Of a DNA stretch of 64,000 bases, positions 10,901-21,900 are shown piece by piece. Position 1 is the stretch's first letter; each line of letters opens with the position of its first letter. The notes beneath the pieces were generated by a model that saw nothing but the letters and a program-made list of their open reading frames with translations, had not been told where the DNA came from and ran no database searches. Made by a program: the position numbers and the translations under genes. Source of the stretch: a virus (lineage: Duplodnaviria > Caudoviricetes); the IMG/VR virus record IMGVR_UViG_3300013121_000047, positions 64,001 through 128,000 of that record. One strand, 5' to 3'.

Positions 10901-11605
10901 TTCTCTAATTTGAAATGCTTTATCAAAAGATTGAAAAATCGTAATAAAACTTTCTGTTAGTTTCAACTCTTCTTCTTGAACTTTTATAAAATCAGAAAAC
11001 TCTTTAGAAATCCTACTATATTCAGCTTTAGTATTTTCATTCGAAGATAATAGCTGTTTTAAATTTTCAATAGTTTTTTCTCTAAGTTTTAATAACTGAA
11101 ATCTATAGTCGAAAAAGTAGCCTAAGTTATTATATTTTAATATTTTTTGATTTTCGAAGATTGACTTAAAATCAGATAATGAGATAATTTCAGGACGCTG
11201 GCTTGCAAATCCTTTTAAATTAACACTTTTAAACTGCTCATTTGCATATGCGTTTACTGGTAAGCTTAAAACATCAGGTTTAAAATATAGTTTTTCAAAC
11301 AATTTTTGTTTTTCAGTTTTTGGCTTATGAGCTGTTTTTATATTAGGATTTAGTGTTGTCGCAAGGGTATTGCCAGAAAGCGAAAAATTACCCGCTGGTG
11401 TTTTTTTCGCATTTTCAATAAACTGCTTATCTAGAATGATATTTCCAGTAGAATTTAAAATCGTTGCAGACAAAATTGTACCAGGATTTGAAGAGGCAAC
11501 TTGAGAGTTTAGTTCTGTTGGCAAAATTGCTTGTGTATTTAAATTTCCAACGTTTGCATTCTCTTTTCCGCTTCGAATAGGAATTCCTGAATTATTTATA
11601 CCCAT
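7973..11605 (-). CDS. Large hypothetical (likely virion) protein, 1210 aa
   Basis: Long ORF; ATGA overlap with the downstream gene. Confidence 0.55.
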   Translation of the reverse strand: MGINNSGIPIRSGKENANVGNLNTQAILPTELNSQVASSNPGTILSATILNSTGNIILDKQFIENAKKTPAGNFSLSGNTLATTLNPNIKTAHKPKTEKQKLFEKLYFKPDVLSLPVNAYANEQFKSVNLKGFASQRPEIISLSDFKSIFENQKILKYNNLGYFFDYRFQLLKLREKTIENLKQLLSSNENTKAEYSRISKEFSDFIKVQEEELKLTESFITIFQSFDKAFQIREIDESFFKINNLLSIEEFFIQKMNYSKNSYNSFSDTKILYQMLFDLRAASENYSLNLLNLTDLDRVNDVNSVKIDTSYTKTNNFNFDINSLSTKLRGGLPKLSLNEDNFFNFLNSLPNNLLERIKITTHVFGRILRISKGLNKPNVKSAIDSKFSSFLDFNPFDNIIGIIPNDIFTQPIGIGTIAGTLLFSAPEDSNIKVLPFENTIVDDGESKYIPGNVYFKNDTIKNMDTFSMLTFGNDIVSKISNTVSVYNEIFNFNDLGFNLIPQNITKIIFETVKNTLGYCVSSTNSSSFESLILPALINLSNTDKILKLYLFQFVLLLGMIKATKESNFELYKKLKTELKTLKTFPSLNIDLELTNDVDQSSTLKNVAIHLANLITSYVTKILTENSTLQLNTDASFNPPPRNDGFSSVFLQTNALISKVLTDTITATNSNKPNLFKDFLDISSVFYTSATPFFSSDVSTTSSYLNISLSNILLLLFETISSISGKFLSIKFDIDNGKIFGILYNQKHLKASQKAIEKFLTGLPKNLNVFQTEIVIPLTQGTNSVNGQYTLPADVTYLSDDNEYLRKFDYYYTEYKNIYDSLQGEDFFIRNLLAIFESISFNFNQVKRYTENVFSKLTESQKQIINQNSSLLNPSQYLISKKLLSKLKEESTLSNLIKDNEYYHLISFVVNESLKKTNSIQKLISVGIPNGFIDNVKERLDKLSVTSGQEQVVDFKNENNLISINVFRKSLLDEELIFKPQKFLFDLNLSVANYQKDASIDPIDSFDNNNKFIRLIDENIVSLIPKSKQEILSNEKYRLLLPTQKEELFSNTIKSFLLNKYNILSTGLDLSEVAFSLTDYDFSVSDEYNSFLRLYLQTQNISFTNYESLIADKTINQSVKDNADIIKKVFNELNKQTVKSIIFSPKTFDKIFNIIIDLNLFEIDTEITNPVVLENEQIKNRLYKKNDKLYINSFNSTEMNEFYVAVEILG

Positions 11606-11609
11606 ATTA

Positions 11610-14003
11610 TTATATAATGATGTTATTAGATGAAATTTCTTGCCCTAAAGAATAATCAAAATAAACAGGCAGCACTGAATAAAACACTTCTCCTGCCTCA
11701 CCGTCTAATAAAACATCATAAAAAATAAAAGAATTTGAATCTGAAATATTATGAGAACTTCCAACAACTGATTTTATACCAAATCTTGTTAAAGTTATTA
11801 TAAAATGGTCAATTTTTTCTAAATTTCCATCAACACTCCATGTTAAGATATTCATAGTCTTGTTTAAGTTTACAGCTTTCACTTCTTTTATGGATGGCAA
11901 AGTTTTAGTAAAATCTGCGTCATATTCAATAACGGCACCAGTTGGTCCAAAAGAATAGTCACTTTCTGAATGTTTTTCTTTGAGTGTATTCTCCGAAACA
12001 AGTGTTCCATATTTTAACACAAATGGATGACGAGATAAGTATGGATAAAAAGAATAAGTTAAATTACGATAAGTCTCTTCCAATTGTAGTTTTGGTAAAA
12101 GTGTAAATGGAGTACGAAAATACGTAAAAATTTTATATTTGTAACTATATCCACTTTCCAACTCTTTTATATTTGTTCTATTTCTTAGTGTAGAGTCATT
12201 AAATTTATTGCTGGATAAAATTCCAAAATCTTCTTCTTGTCCCGTTTGTAAATTAGTACGGATAACCCTATAAACGAAAGATGTTGAAATATCAGTTGAA
12301 TCAAATAAATCTTTGTACAAATCGTATATTCCAAGTAGTTTAAAATTTTCAACAACAAGAGTTATGTTTTTTTGTTCTAAAACTGTTTTGATTTCAAATT
12401 CGACATTTAAAGTATTTGAAATTACTGTATTTGAAGCATTGATAATTTCGCTTGATAAAATATTTGTTTGAATTTCTTTGTTTTGAACAACTAAATTTGA
12501 ATTAGTGTTTACAACAGTACCATCTTTTTTTATTAATTTAACATTATACTCATAATATGAGTCTTTTTTAAGATCATTGTCTTTGAAACTAAAATTTTTA
12601 TTTTGCTCTAGTTTATATGGACCATAAATTAAAGACTCTTCACTTGTTGAAAGTATTTTTTTATATAGTAAAATTGAGAAAGCCTCTGGTTCATTTATCA
12701 CCCCAGAGATTGTGATAGTATTATCACTATTTAATTGATAGCCTAAAACGACATTATACAAATTTTCTGTATTTGATTCTACCGAGTTTTTATTTTCATC
12801 TACGATAACAGAATCAAACAGCACACAATTTTTATCATTTTCATAGTTAGAAAGTGCTCTTAAAATTATCTTTTTGTTAATGGCTTTATTTATTTCTATC
12901 TTTTTTTCGCCGTCAACTTTTCTTAGTTCGTAATTTCCTAAATAAAAATATTTATTATTTAAATTTTTTTTATCTATTTCTTTATAGAAAAAAGAAATTC
13001 CTGTTGCGTTTTCATCATTTTGTTTGACAAATAAAACAATTTTTCCGTCTGAACCCCTTCTATAAAATGAAACTATTTTAGGAGGAAGTTTTGGTGTTAA
13101 AAATATATCTAAATTCTTTTTATGGAAAACTGTTATTTGTTTATTTGCAGTCGGCCGCGCTGCATCATCATACATTTCTATTTCAAAATAAAGTTCATTT
13201 AACGAATTTACTTTATTTTTTTCTAAGATAATGTCCAGATCAATTTTAACAGTTGTTTTATTTATTTTTTCTAAAGTTGTTGTTAGTGAACTATTTGAAA
13301 TTTGTGGAATTTCTTGACGTTGTGAGACTATGTTTTCTTGAACCGAATTTAAATTCTTATAATCAACAAAAATCCCACCAGTAACTTTAGATATATTTTT
13401 AATGCCTTTGGTTTTTATTGCCAACGAAGCAGGATCTATTCCTTTAGAAAGGGCTACTTGTAAATTGTCAGTTATTGTTTGATTTGAAGTAAATTCTGAT
13501 AATTGATAATTTGGTGCTGATTCTTTGATGTTTTTAATTTCTGATAGTGCTGATAAATTTATTTGTGTTTTTTCAACCGAAAAATTATTTTTTTTACTTT
13601 TTTCAATTGCGTCAAAAGACGTGAATTCCATTACAGAAAAATTTTTTGTTAGAATGATATTCTCATCATTTCTAGAAGTATTTTCTTTTCTTGCTGGTGT
13701 TAATTTCTGAATACTTTCAATTATTTTTTTGTTAGCTAATTGCAAACCATTTTTTTTAGTTGGCTGTTTCTGACTTTTATCTAAAACAACATCTGAGTTG
13801 AAAATTGGCTCTAGTGTTGTTTTTTTTGCTTTTGAAATAAAAACTTTGCCATTAAAAGAGTTGTTTTTCTTTGCGGCTTCATTTAGATCTATTTCAAATG
13901 AAATTTTATAAACAACTGATCTATCCGTAACTTCTATAAGATTTGCAAAGGTTGTCTCATTTGTAAAAATAATCGTTTCTGATATGTTATTTATAAATTT
14001 CAT
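11610..14003 (-). CDS. Putative structural protein with FN3-like beta repeats
   Basis: FKDNDLKKDSYYEYNV, LESGYSYKYKI and LTWSVDG patterns. Confidence 0.5.
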   Translation of the reverse strand: MKFINNISETIIFTNETTFANLIEVTDRSVVYKISFEIDLNEAAKKNNSFNGKVFISKAKKTTLEPIFNSDVVLDKSQKQPTKKNGLQLANKKIIESIQKLTPARKENTSRNDENIILTKNFSVMEFTSFDAIEKSKKNNFSVEKTQINLSALSEIKNIKESAPNYQLSEFTSNQTITDNLQVALSKGIDPASLAIKTKGIKNISKVTGGIFVDYKNLNSVQENIVSQRQEIPQISNSSLTTTLEKINKTTVKIDLDIILEKNKVNSLNELYFEIEMYDDAARPTANKQITVFHKKNLDIFLTPKLPPKIVSFYRRGSDGKIVLFVKQNDENATGISFFYKEIDKKNLNNKYFYLGNYELRKVDGEKKIEINKAINKKIILRALSNYENDKNCVLFDSVIVDENKNSVESNTENLYNVVLGYQLNSDNTITISGVINEPEAFSILLYKKILSTSEESLIYGPYKLEQNKNFSFKDNDLKKDSYYEYNVKLIKKDGTVVNTNSNLVVQNKEIQTNILSSEIINASNTVISNTLNVEFEIKTVLEQKNITLVVENFKLLGIYDLYKDLFDSTDISTSFVYRVIRTNLQTGQEEDFGILSSNKFNDSTLRNRTNIKELESGYSYKYKIFTYFRTPFTLLPKLQLEETYRNLTYSFYPYLSRHPFVLKYGTLVSENTLKEKHSESDYSFGPTGAVIEYDADFTKTLPSIKEVKAVNLNKTMNILTWSVDGNLEKIDHFIITLTRFGIKSVVGSSHNISDSNSFIFYDVLLDGEAGEVFYSVLPVYFDYSLGQEISSNNIII

Positions 14004-14023
14004 TATTTTCCCTTTATTTTATC

Positions 14024-14998
14024 TTATATAAATACGAAAGTGAAAATATTAATAAATGTATGAGAATTGTTATCATCCAAAAAAATTTTACCTGCGAAAT
14101 AAACATGTCGAGACACTAATGAACTACCATCTTTAAAAACTTGCTCGCCAAAATCGATCAAATCTAGTTTACCTATGTCACTTCCATTTATTTCAAAAAT
14201 TTGACCTAGAATAGTATTTGTTGGGCTTGAATTTGAAAATTCTATCTTAGAATAAGATCCTTTTTCTTTTAAATTATTCAACTCTTTACTTAATTCGGCC
14301 GCAGAGAAACTTTCTTGTTTTCCTAAATTTGGATATATACCAAGCGATTTAGTCTCAGAATCATTTGTTTTTTTATTTATCGGAGGCAGAAATTTATAGT
14401 TTGGAAGATTAGATAATCTTTTGTCTAAAAAAAAGCTCTCAGCTTGATTTATATTACTTTCAAAAATTTCATTTTCAATATTAATTGGACTTTTTCTAGT
14501 TATATCAAACTGGATTGAATTGTTTGAAAGTTTAAATTGTGTGTTTTCATTGTTGAATTTTGGTGAACTTAATAAACGTAAATCTTTAAAATTTTGAAAA
14601 CTTGTACTTAAAATCTGTTTGGCATATAAGCTTAAATTTTCTCTACTTGCTGTAACAAAATTACTCATTGAAGAAAATAAAATTTTTCCATTTGAAACTT
14701 TAAATGTTTCATTTGAACCTGATAATTTTAAAACAAGTGGAATGTTTAGTTTTCCATTGTTATCAACACTGTAAATTATAGTATCCTGGGGCCTTGATTT
14801 TGCTTCGAAATTTAGCCTTTTTGTGTGTAAATCTACAAACGAACCACTATCAAATTGATCCAAAGCTGAGTATGTTAAAGTAGAATCTGAAAATGACGCA
14901 AATTTAATAGAAATCTTTCCATTGGAAAGTTGTTTACGCCCTTCTTCTGTTAAATTTGTATCTATTATTCGTTCTTTTGGATTTAAAAAACCGCTCAT
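14024..14998 (-). CDS. Tail/baseplate protein, N-terminal paralog of 5300..6013
   Basis: IIDTNLTEEGRKQLSNGKISIKFASFSD aligns with LDVVLTIKGRELISRADGSFNISKIAIGD. Confidence 0.55.
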   Translation of the reverse strand: MSGFLNPKERIIDTNLTEEGRKQLSNGKISIKFASFSDSTLTYSALDQFDSGSFVDLHTKRLNFEAKSRPQDTIIYSVDNNGKLNIPLVLKLSGSNETFKVSNGKILFSSMSNFVTASRENLSLYAKQILSTSFQNFKDLRLLSSPKFNNENTQFKLSNNSIQFDITRKSPINIENEIFESNINQAESFFLDKRLSNLPNYKFLPPINKKTNDSETKSLGIYPNLGKQESFSAAELSKELNNLKEKGSYSKIEFSNSSPTNTILGQIFEINGSDIGKLDLIDFGEQVFKDGSSLVSRHVYFAGKIFLDDNNSHTFINIFTFVFI

Positions 14999-15013
14999 AT
15001 TCTTTTTTCCTTT

Positions 15014-16342
15014 TTATGGTTCGATAAACGGACGCCCAGCTCTATAATAAGAATCATATACTCCACTATCCCTAGTGTTTAGAGAACTTGTAAGATTAAT
15101 TATTCTATCTTCTGATCCACTTAGGAATAAAACTTTAAGCGGATAACTAATAGTTTTTGTTTTGGCATCATACATCGCAGAAAAAAGTCTATTCGAATGT
15201 TTAAATCTAATTTCTCCGTATTGTTTGCGATCAAAAAGAACTTTACTCTTTTCTGGGAATCCTGATTTTAAACCATATTTCCACCCTCTTATAAGAGAAC
15301 CAAAGTAAACTGAAGCCATTGAATAGCCAAATAAAGAATTTTGTTGACTTGTTACAAACTCTCCCAATCCATTAAATCCATCGCCAAACCCATAAAGAAA
15401 CTTTATAGTTGTAGACTGTTTTGAACTGCTAAAAAATAAAGTAGATTCATCAAATGAGACAGAGGCACTTGCGAAAAATGGTTTATCAGCAATAATTCCG
15501 TGAATTGTGCGGTTTGCTGCACTATATCCGTTTCCAGATTCTGGATTTGTTGGAAGTGCACCCGATGGAAACAAAAAAGAAAATATGATATTAAAAGATT
15601 TTCCAAGGGTAGGCGGAAAACTTCCCATATTCCCCCAAAACCCATCAGTTAACGCTACAAATGGAGGAAGTTTTGTTATGGGAGAAATCTCACCAGTTGT
15701 TCCATAAATATTAACCGAAGAATTGTTAGAAATTGAACCTGATACTGAATAAAATAAATTTTCCGCGCTAAATGGTTTTCCTTGTAATCTAGCTGCATTT
15801 CTATATCTTATTTCAAATGGAAATGATTTAATCCATTTATCATTTGAAACTTGTTGACCATTTGAGCTTGTAAGTGTATGTGTTTCAAAACTTGCAACAG
15901 ACGCAGAGTAAGTTCTACAACCAAATACATATTCAAAATTTAAAATTTGCTCAGCGTTTCCTTTAGGTGTATTTATGAGTAAAAGACTTCCGCTATCGAC
16001 TCTAAAAATTTCATTTATATCAGGAACGAAACTATCATAATAAAATTCATTTTCTGAGGTGGCTTCAATAAAACGGTTTGATTTATTTATTAGTGTTAAA
16101 CTATTGGTTATCGCTGTACGAAATTCGGTAAATGAATTTTCATAGTTTTGTGGCAAAATTATAGTTGCTACGGGAAAATTATTGAGCAAAGTGCTTATAT
16201 ATTTAGAGATTGTTACACCTCTTTTTGAATTTACTATTGGCGTTCCTGCCGAACCTTTCTCAACGAGCAGCGCACCAGTTATATAGTTATCAGTATAACT
16301 ACCTCTTAAACTTGCTCTTGAGTGTATATCAAAAAAGGGCAT
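15014..16342 (-). CDS. Putative tail structural protein
   Basis: Ser/Thr/Gly-rich ORF abutting neighbours in the structural operon. Confidence 0.5.
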   Translation of the reverse strand: MPFFDIHSRASLRGSYTDNYITGALLVEKGSAGTPIVNSKRGVTISKYISTLLNNFPVATIILPQNYENSFTEFRTAITNSLTLINKSNRFIEATSENEFYYDSFVPDINEIFRVDSGSLLLINTPKGNAEQILNFEYVFGCRTYSASVASFETHTLTSSNGQQVSNDKWIKSFPFEIRYRNAARLQGKPFSAENLFYSVSGSISNNSSVNIYGTTGEISPITKLPPFVALTDGFWGNMGSFPPTLGKSFNIIFSFLFPSGALPTNPESGNGYSAANRTIHGIIADKPFFASASVSFDESTLFFSSSKQSTTIKFLYGFGDGFNGLGEFVTSQQNSLFGYSMASVYFGSLIRGWKYGLKSGFPEKSKVLFDRKQYGEIRFKHSNRLFSAMYDAKTKTISYPLKVLFLSGSEDRIINLTSSLNTRDSGVYDSYYRAGRPFIEP

Positions 16343-18028
16343 TTATTTCTTCTCTCCTATATTTACCGTAGATCTTGTGTTTAATTGTTGTCTATTATCG
16401 TATATATGAAATTCTTCGTAGTCAGAAAATTCGTTCATTTTCAAATATGAACCATATAATGTAACTTTAATGTTTTTCGAAATTGAAAAGGTTACTCCGC
16501 TAGCAGAATTCTCTTTCCAAAAATTTACAGAAGCAGCAATCAAGTCAGTGTCTGCCACCAAGTTAATTCTGTCAAAAATTGGAGCCTGAAAGCCAAAGAT
16601 TAATTTATCTTCTGGAAATAAAATGTATGGTGTTTGACTAACTGCAACAGTATTGTACACTGCTGGCATAGTTTCGTTTGGTCCATATGCATTTACTATT
16701 GTGCTTGTTAACGTTGACTGTCCTCCCATTATTTGATAATTTAAATTTCTGGGAGAATAATCTTCTATACCAGAACGTGTTCCGTTTAACGTGGTTAATT
16801 TTTGAGAAAACACTCTATTGGTACCAAGCACATTATCCATAAAAAACATTGTATACAATGAATTAATATTTTTTGTTGGTTGATATGGATATAAACTCAA
16901 TTTACTTCCTGTTACGCTGTAGTAAATTTCTTTTGTTGGGCTAAGCGATTGATTGGAAATAAACAATTCAACATTTCCACTTACCGCTTGAATAGTAGCC
17001 GAACTGCTAGCCACCGTCGCTATCCTTGCAAAAGATACTAAATCTATAACTTGATTTCCTGTTTTATAGTATGACAACGAAGAATTCGTATATGGAGATT
17101 CTGGAGTGCCTGGAAAATTTGAAACAGGAGAAAAAAACTGAAAGTAATTATACGTACTTGGTTTTATAAACAACTCTGAATTTCTTTGATTTAAAATAAA
17201 AAATGTCGAAATTGCAACCGAAGTTGAATCAATAATTAAATTATCTGGAACAGCAAGTTCCATTTTACCAATTTCAACTTCAATTTTTTCTAATAAAAAA
17301 GGTTCAGTAATTGCTGATTTTAGTTCCAAATATGAACTTGAGGTTGCTGCATAAGTATTAGAGCTTGGAAATCCAAATTCGTTAATAGGAAGACCAAGAT
17401 TCAAATATATATCAGAGCTATTATATTTATTTTCTGCTGCTGTGATATTTTTTATACTTGGCCCAAATCCTATTGCTTTATTTGTAAAATAATCGCTAAT
17501 CGTTAACGAGCCGCTAAATAAATCCAATGAATTGCTTGTAATTCCTATATTTTGAAATGTTTGCTGTGTAAAATTGTAATAACCGAAAGGTGAGTCATCA
17601 GATAAATTTGATTTTAAAGAGACTACTCCATTTATGGGGAGTAGAATATCCATTCTGGTTTTATCTCTTAAAGGCTGATGAAATCCAGGCAACTGACTTC
17701 CTGTTAGATAATAAGAACCAGAAAATTTTGTTTCTTTAGTTGCGTCAAACGGAGGATTTGTAGCAGAATTTACTGTATAAAATATTTGAGTTTCTGCACC
17801 AAAAATAGAACGGCCAGGAGCACTAAGAGAAGTTGTCAATTCTCCAAAAATTCCGTTGGCTGTTAAAGGTAAGGTTGTAGGATAATTTATAGAAGCAGAA
17901 ACAAAATAGGAAACAGTTTTTGAGTCATTAAACGCACCAGAGCTGTAAAATGGCATCGTTTCTTTTATTTGTTTTAAATCATATTGATTTAATCCTTTTA
18001 CTCTTGATAATTTTCTAGGTCTGGTCAT
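16343..18028 (-). CDS. Putative tail structural protein
   Basis: Ser/Thr-rich; zero-gap junctions with both neighbours. Confidence 0.5.
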   Translation of the reverse strand: MTRPRKLSRVKGLNQYDLKQIKETMPFYSSGAFNDSKTVSYFVSASINYPTTLPLTANGIFGELTTSLSAPGRSIFGAETQIFYTVNSATNPPFDATKETKFSGSYYLTGSQLPGFHQPLRDKTRMDILLPINGVVSLKSNLSDDSPFGYYNFTQQTFQNIGITSNSLDLFSGSLTISDYFTNKAIGFGPSIKNITAAENKYNSSDIYLNLGLPINEFGFPSSNTYAATSSSYLELKSAITEPFLLEKIEVEIGKMELAVPDNLIIDSTSVAISTFFILNQRNSELFIKPSTYNYFQFFSPVSNFPGTPESPYTNSSLSYYKTGNQVIDLVSFARIATVASSSATIQAVSGNVELFISNQSLSPTKEIYYSVTGSKLSLYPYQPTKNINSLYTMFFMDNVLGTNRVFSQKLTTLNGTRSGIEDYSPRNLNYQIMGGQSTLTSTIVNAYGPNETMPAVYNTVAVSQTPYILFPEDKLIFGFQAPIFDRINLVADTDLIAASVNFWKENSASGVTFSISKNIKVTLYGSYLKMNEFSDYEEFHIYDNRQQLNTRSTVNIGEKK

Positions 18029-18904
18029 TTAATATCCTTTTAATCGATTTGAGTATGCTATACTATCAGTACCACAAATGTTATTATAAGAAGAGTATAT
18101 ATCTCTTCCTGCTGGCATTGATTTTATATTAAACTGTTTTCTAATATCGTCATCCCTTGAGTAATCTAAACTGGTTAAAGCATCTAAAAACGTAGCTGAA
18201 ACAGACGGGAAACTGTAAATATCTGCATTGTTTGGTTTTTCAACATATCCAATTTCGCGACGTTTTTCTATAGAACTAAACCCTTGAATGGTTATCCCAC
18301 CAAAAACTTCTTGTCCTGAATCTAGAAATGGTTTTACCGTATCTCCGCTACTATTAATTTTAACAAACTGTGCTATTTTTTGATTTCCATTGTTTATACC
18401 ATCTTTTGGTCCACAATCTACAGATCCATGTATTCCTCTAGAAAAGTAATTGAATTCTAAACTTGGTAAACGAAATGGGATTGTTAAAGGTTCTATAATA
18501 TTTAAATTCTGATTTGGCAACCCTCCGTTTAACTGAATTGGGAAAGGATAATTGTCCCTATTTGAAATAAACGCAACTGGATCAAATCTAATTTCTTGTT
18601 CTTTGTATCCCGCATCAGCTTTTGTTGAGGTAAAGGATAATGGTTGGCCTATTCCGACCATCGTTTCTTCTCGAAACCCATGCTCTAGAATTCCATTTTT
18701 AAGAATTGAACCTGCCCAAATTTTTGGTTGAGAGGTGTTATAGATATCATCTATGGTTCTCAATTCAATTCCTTGTCTTAAATTGCTGGATTCAGAAAGT
18801 TGACTCTGGATTAATGAAGTGCTATAATTTGTTCTATTGACTTTTAACGCAGTATATTCATTAAAAGGAGGATACGGATTAACAGGCAAAAAATTTATTG
18901 ACAT
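18029..18904 (-). CDS. Putative structural protein
   Basis: 291 aa ORF in operon. Confidence 0.5.
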   Translation of the reverse strand: MSINFLPVNPYPPFNEYTALKVNRTNYSTSLIQSQLSESSNLRQGIELRTIDDIYNTSQPKIWAGSILKNGILEHGFREETMVGIGQPLSFTSTKADAGYKEQEIRFDPVAFISNRDNYPFPIQLNGGLPNQNLNIIEPLTIPFRLPSLEFNYFSRGIHGSVDCGPKDGINNGNQKIAQFVKINSSGDTVKPFLDSGQEVFGGITIQGFSSIEKRREIGYVEKPNNADIYSFPSVSATFLDALTSLDYSRDDDIRKQFNIKSMPAGRDIYSSYNNICGTDSIAYSNRLKGY

Positions 18905-18905
18905 T

Positions 18906-21900
18906 TTAGAATTTTTTAATTACTCCATTTATTAACTGATTTAAAAGTTGATTTGAATTTGACGCAACGTTTGTTCTGTTTAAGTATTGATTATAAGACA
19001 TATACTGCACTTTAGATCTTTCAAGTAAATGAGGTTGAATAATATAATTTATTCCTTTAAATTTAACATTTTTTGATAAAAGCGAAGTAATAAAATTTGA
19101 TAAAGTTGAATTAAACCACTTATAAAATTCAAAATACGCTTTCAAATTCATTGGCGAAGTTAATCTATCAAAATAAAGTCTCCTTAAAGTTTCAAAGTCT
19201 GGATATTCTGTTGAATATAAATTACTTGGATCACCTAAAATATCATTCAATATTTCATAACTTCCAAACATATTAACAATATCATCATTTAAGACATTTA
19301 CTGGGCTAAAGTCTATGCTAACCTTTGTCGTATCTGCTGGTTGTTCATCCATTTGAAGTTCATAAACTGGTGCGCTTTCTATAAATGGATCGCTATAGTT
19401 TAAAACAGACTGTAAACTTCTAACTCTTACTTTGTTTTCAGTGATGGCTTCATCAAAAGATGAAGCCAGAGAACCAAATCGAATATTTCGTTTTTCGAAA
19501 ACTAAGGAACTTGTTGCAAATCCATAACCATAAAAATGTAAATTATTTTGACTAAAATCTGCCAATGTTATATTTCCATTACTATTTGACCAAGAAGTTA
19601 CTTGATCCATGTCAACTATTGCTCTAATTTTTTCAAAAGAACCAGATTGAACTCTTTCAAATTGGTTATTAATTAGTGGATTATCTGTTCCTATAGACTT
19701 AGGATTTCGAATATGTTCAAGTGTTTCAGATTCTGTTATGTCTTTTGACCAAAATTTAATTTGAGAAATTTTTCCATCAAAATAATTTGTTATGGAAGAA
19801 CTAGAAAGAAGTGACCCTGTAAAAGATGCACTTCCAAAACATAAATAAAGACCAGAAGAAACAAAAGATGAAGAAATTGGTTTATTTGAAAGTAAATTTG
19901 TGTTTACACTTCCCTGGGCGTCGTCATACCATAAAGATTTTGAATAATATTCAATTACTTGGCCTTGTAACTGCTTTCCAATTCTAATAAAATAAGACGA
20001 TGAAAGAGAGGAATTGTTTAATATAGAATCTGCTCGTTGTCGCCCGAAAGAAATATACCAAGGTTCATTATTAAATAAATTAAAAGAACCAGTAAGAGAC
20101 AACGACATTGATTGATCAATTGAAAAATTGCTATTAGGTAAACCTTTTAATATTAAAGAATTTCCATTTGTCGATAAATTGAAAAGAGTTGCTTCTTTAT
20201 TTGAAGCTGTGCAAAAAGTAGATAAACGAGCAAGAGACTGAGTAGTTGAAATATTTCCTGATAAAATATAAAATCCTTCAAAAGTCCAACTTCCAGAAGT
20301 TAAAAATCCATCAGAAGAAATTCCCGCAATTTGTGGATAACCTGGTTCTACTCTAGAAGAAGACAAGAAAGATGAACTAACAGAAGATGAAGAATTAAAT
20401 GAAAGAAAATTAAACTGTTCTTGTCTAACTTCATAAGATGAGTTTAATTTTCTTTGTATTGGTCCACCATATTCTTTAACTTTAAAAAAAGAATATGGTT
20501 CAATTCCTATTGATCGTAAAAATAAATTAATTGAATGCCTGGTTCCTTTAGAATTTAAAATATCATTGGCATTCACAAGAATTCTTCGCCATATTTTGTT
20601 TTGAATTTCTTTTAAAGATATCCCTAAATTTGATGAATATTCTGAGTCAATATTGTTTCCATATAAAAATTGATCAATATCTGAGTTTGGGAAAAAGTTT
20701 GGTAATGATATTCCATATCGTTTTGCAAGAAAATTTAAAAAATAATCTGAAATAATTTTGTTATCATCATATTCTACATGGATAAGATTACCAAATTCTT
20801 TTATAAAAATTTGTATTTCATCAAAAAAATCAGCGGTAGCAAACAATAAGCTGTTCAAAGTTTGGGTTGAGCCAAGCTCAACAGTCTTTGGCAAGGAGCC
20901 AGAAATGGTGTCAACTATATCGCCATCCTCTGTTCCAGAATCTGCCTGATTTTGCCCTTCCATAAAATAATGCGGTGGAATAAGATTTGTTATTAATGAA
21001 GGATTTTCCGAGTCATACAATGAAGCTGTCGTTAATAATAATGAACGTAGCGTTGAAACGGACTCGATATTTGAAAATAAAATTGGATTCAGCTCGGGCT
21101 GTTCGTAAATCAAAGGAGATGTTCCATAAGAACTTGTTGAAAAACTTCTTGATTGGAATGCTCCAAATAAATTATTTGAGCTATAGTCTAAAATTATATT
21201 TTTCGTTGTATTTTCTGGTTCGTTAAATTTATAGTATAATTTTAAGTCAGAATTTTGAAAAACATTTCGTTTATTATTGTTTACAATGAAATTTTCATCT
21301 AATTTCTTGTGCCAAATTCTTAATTCATCAATTCCACCAGTAAGGACAGAAGTGGGAATAAATGTTGCACCATTGTTAGAAAAAGAAGAGCCAGAGAAAA
21401 TTGTTAGATTTGCGTTGTTTATATCTAAATCTTTTATTTCTATTTTCTGACTAGTTGCTTGCTTATAGCCATTTAAATAAAATTCTATTTTATTTTCTCC
21501 ATCAGATCTATTCCAAACGTAGCATATATGGTTCCATAAGCCTTTTTCAATTGAGTTTGAAAGATTTAAAGAAAATGAACCAGAATTTATAGTTAAACCG
21601 ATCGAACAACTTGTTGTTGCTGCACTTGCACTCGACCATAAATTTATTCCATGCGAACCACTCGCTTTTTGTAAAATGATTTGATTTGAATTAGACCCAG
21701 TGGGGAGATATATCCAATTTTCTATACTTAAATCAATGGAGTTTGTTGGGTTTAAAATAGACAGCCCAGATTTATTTATGCTAATTTCTAGATCACCTAT
21801 TCCAGAATAATCTTTTGTTGTTATAAATCCGTTTCCTTCAGAATAAAAATATCCAAAATTATAAGGAAATTCATTAAGTATATATTTTTGATAACCAGAT

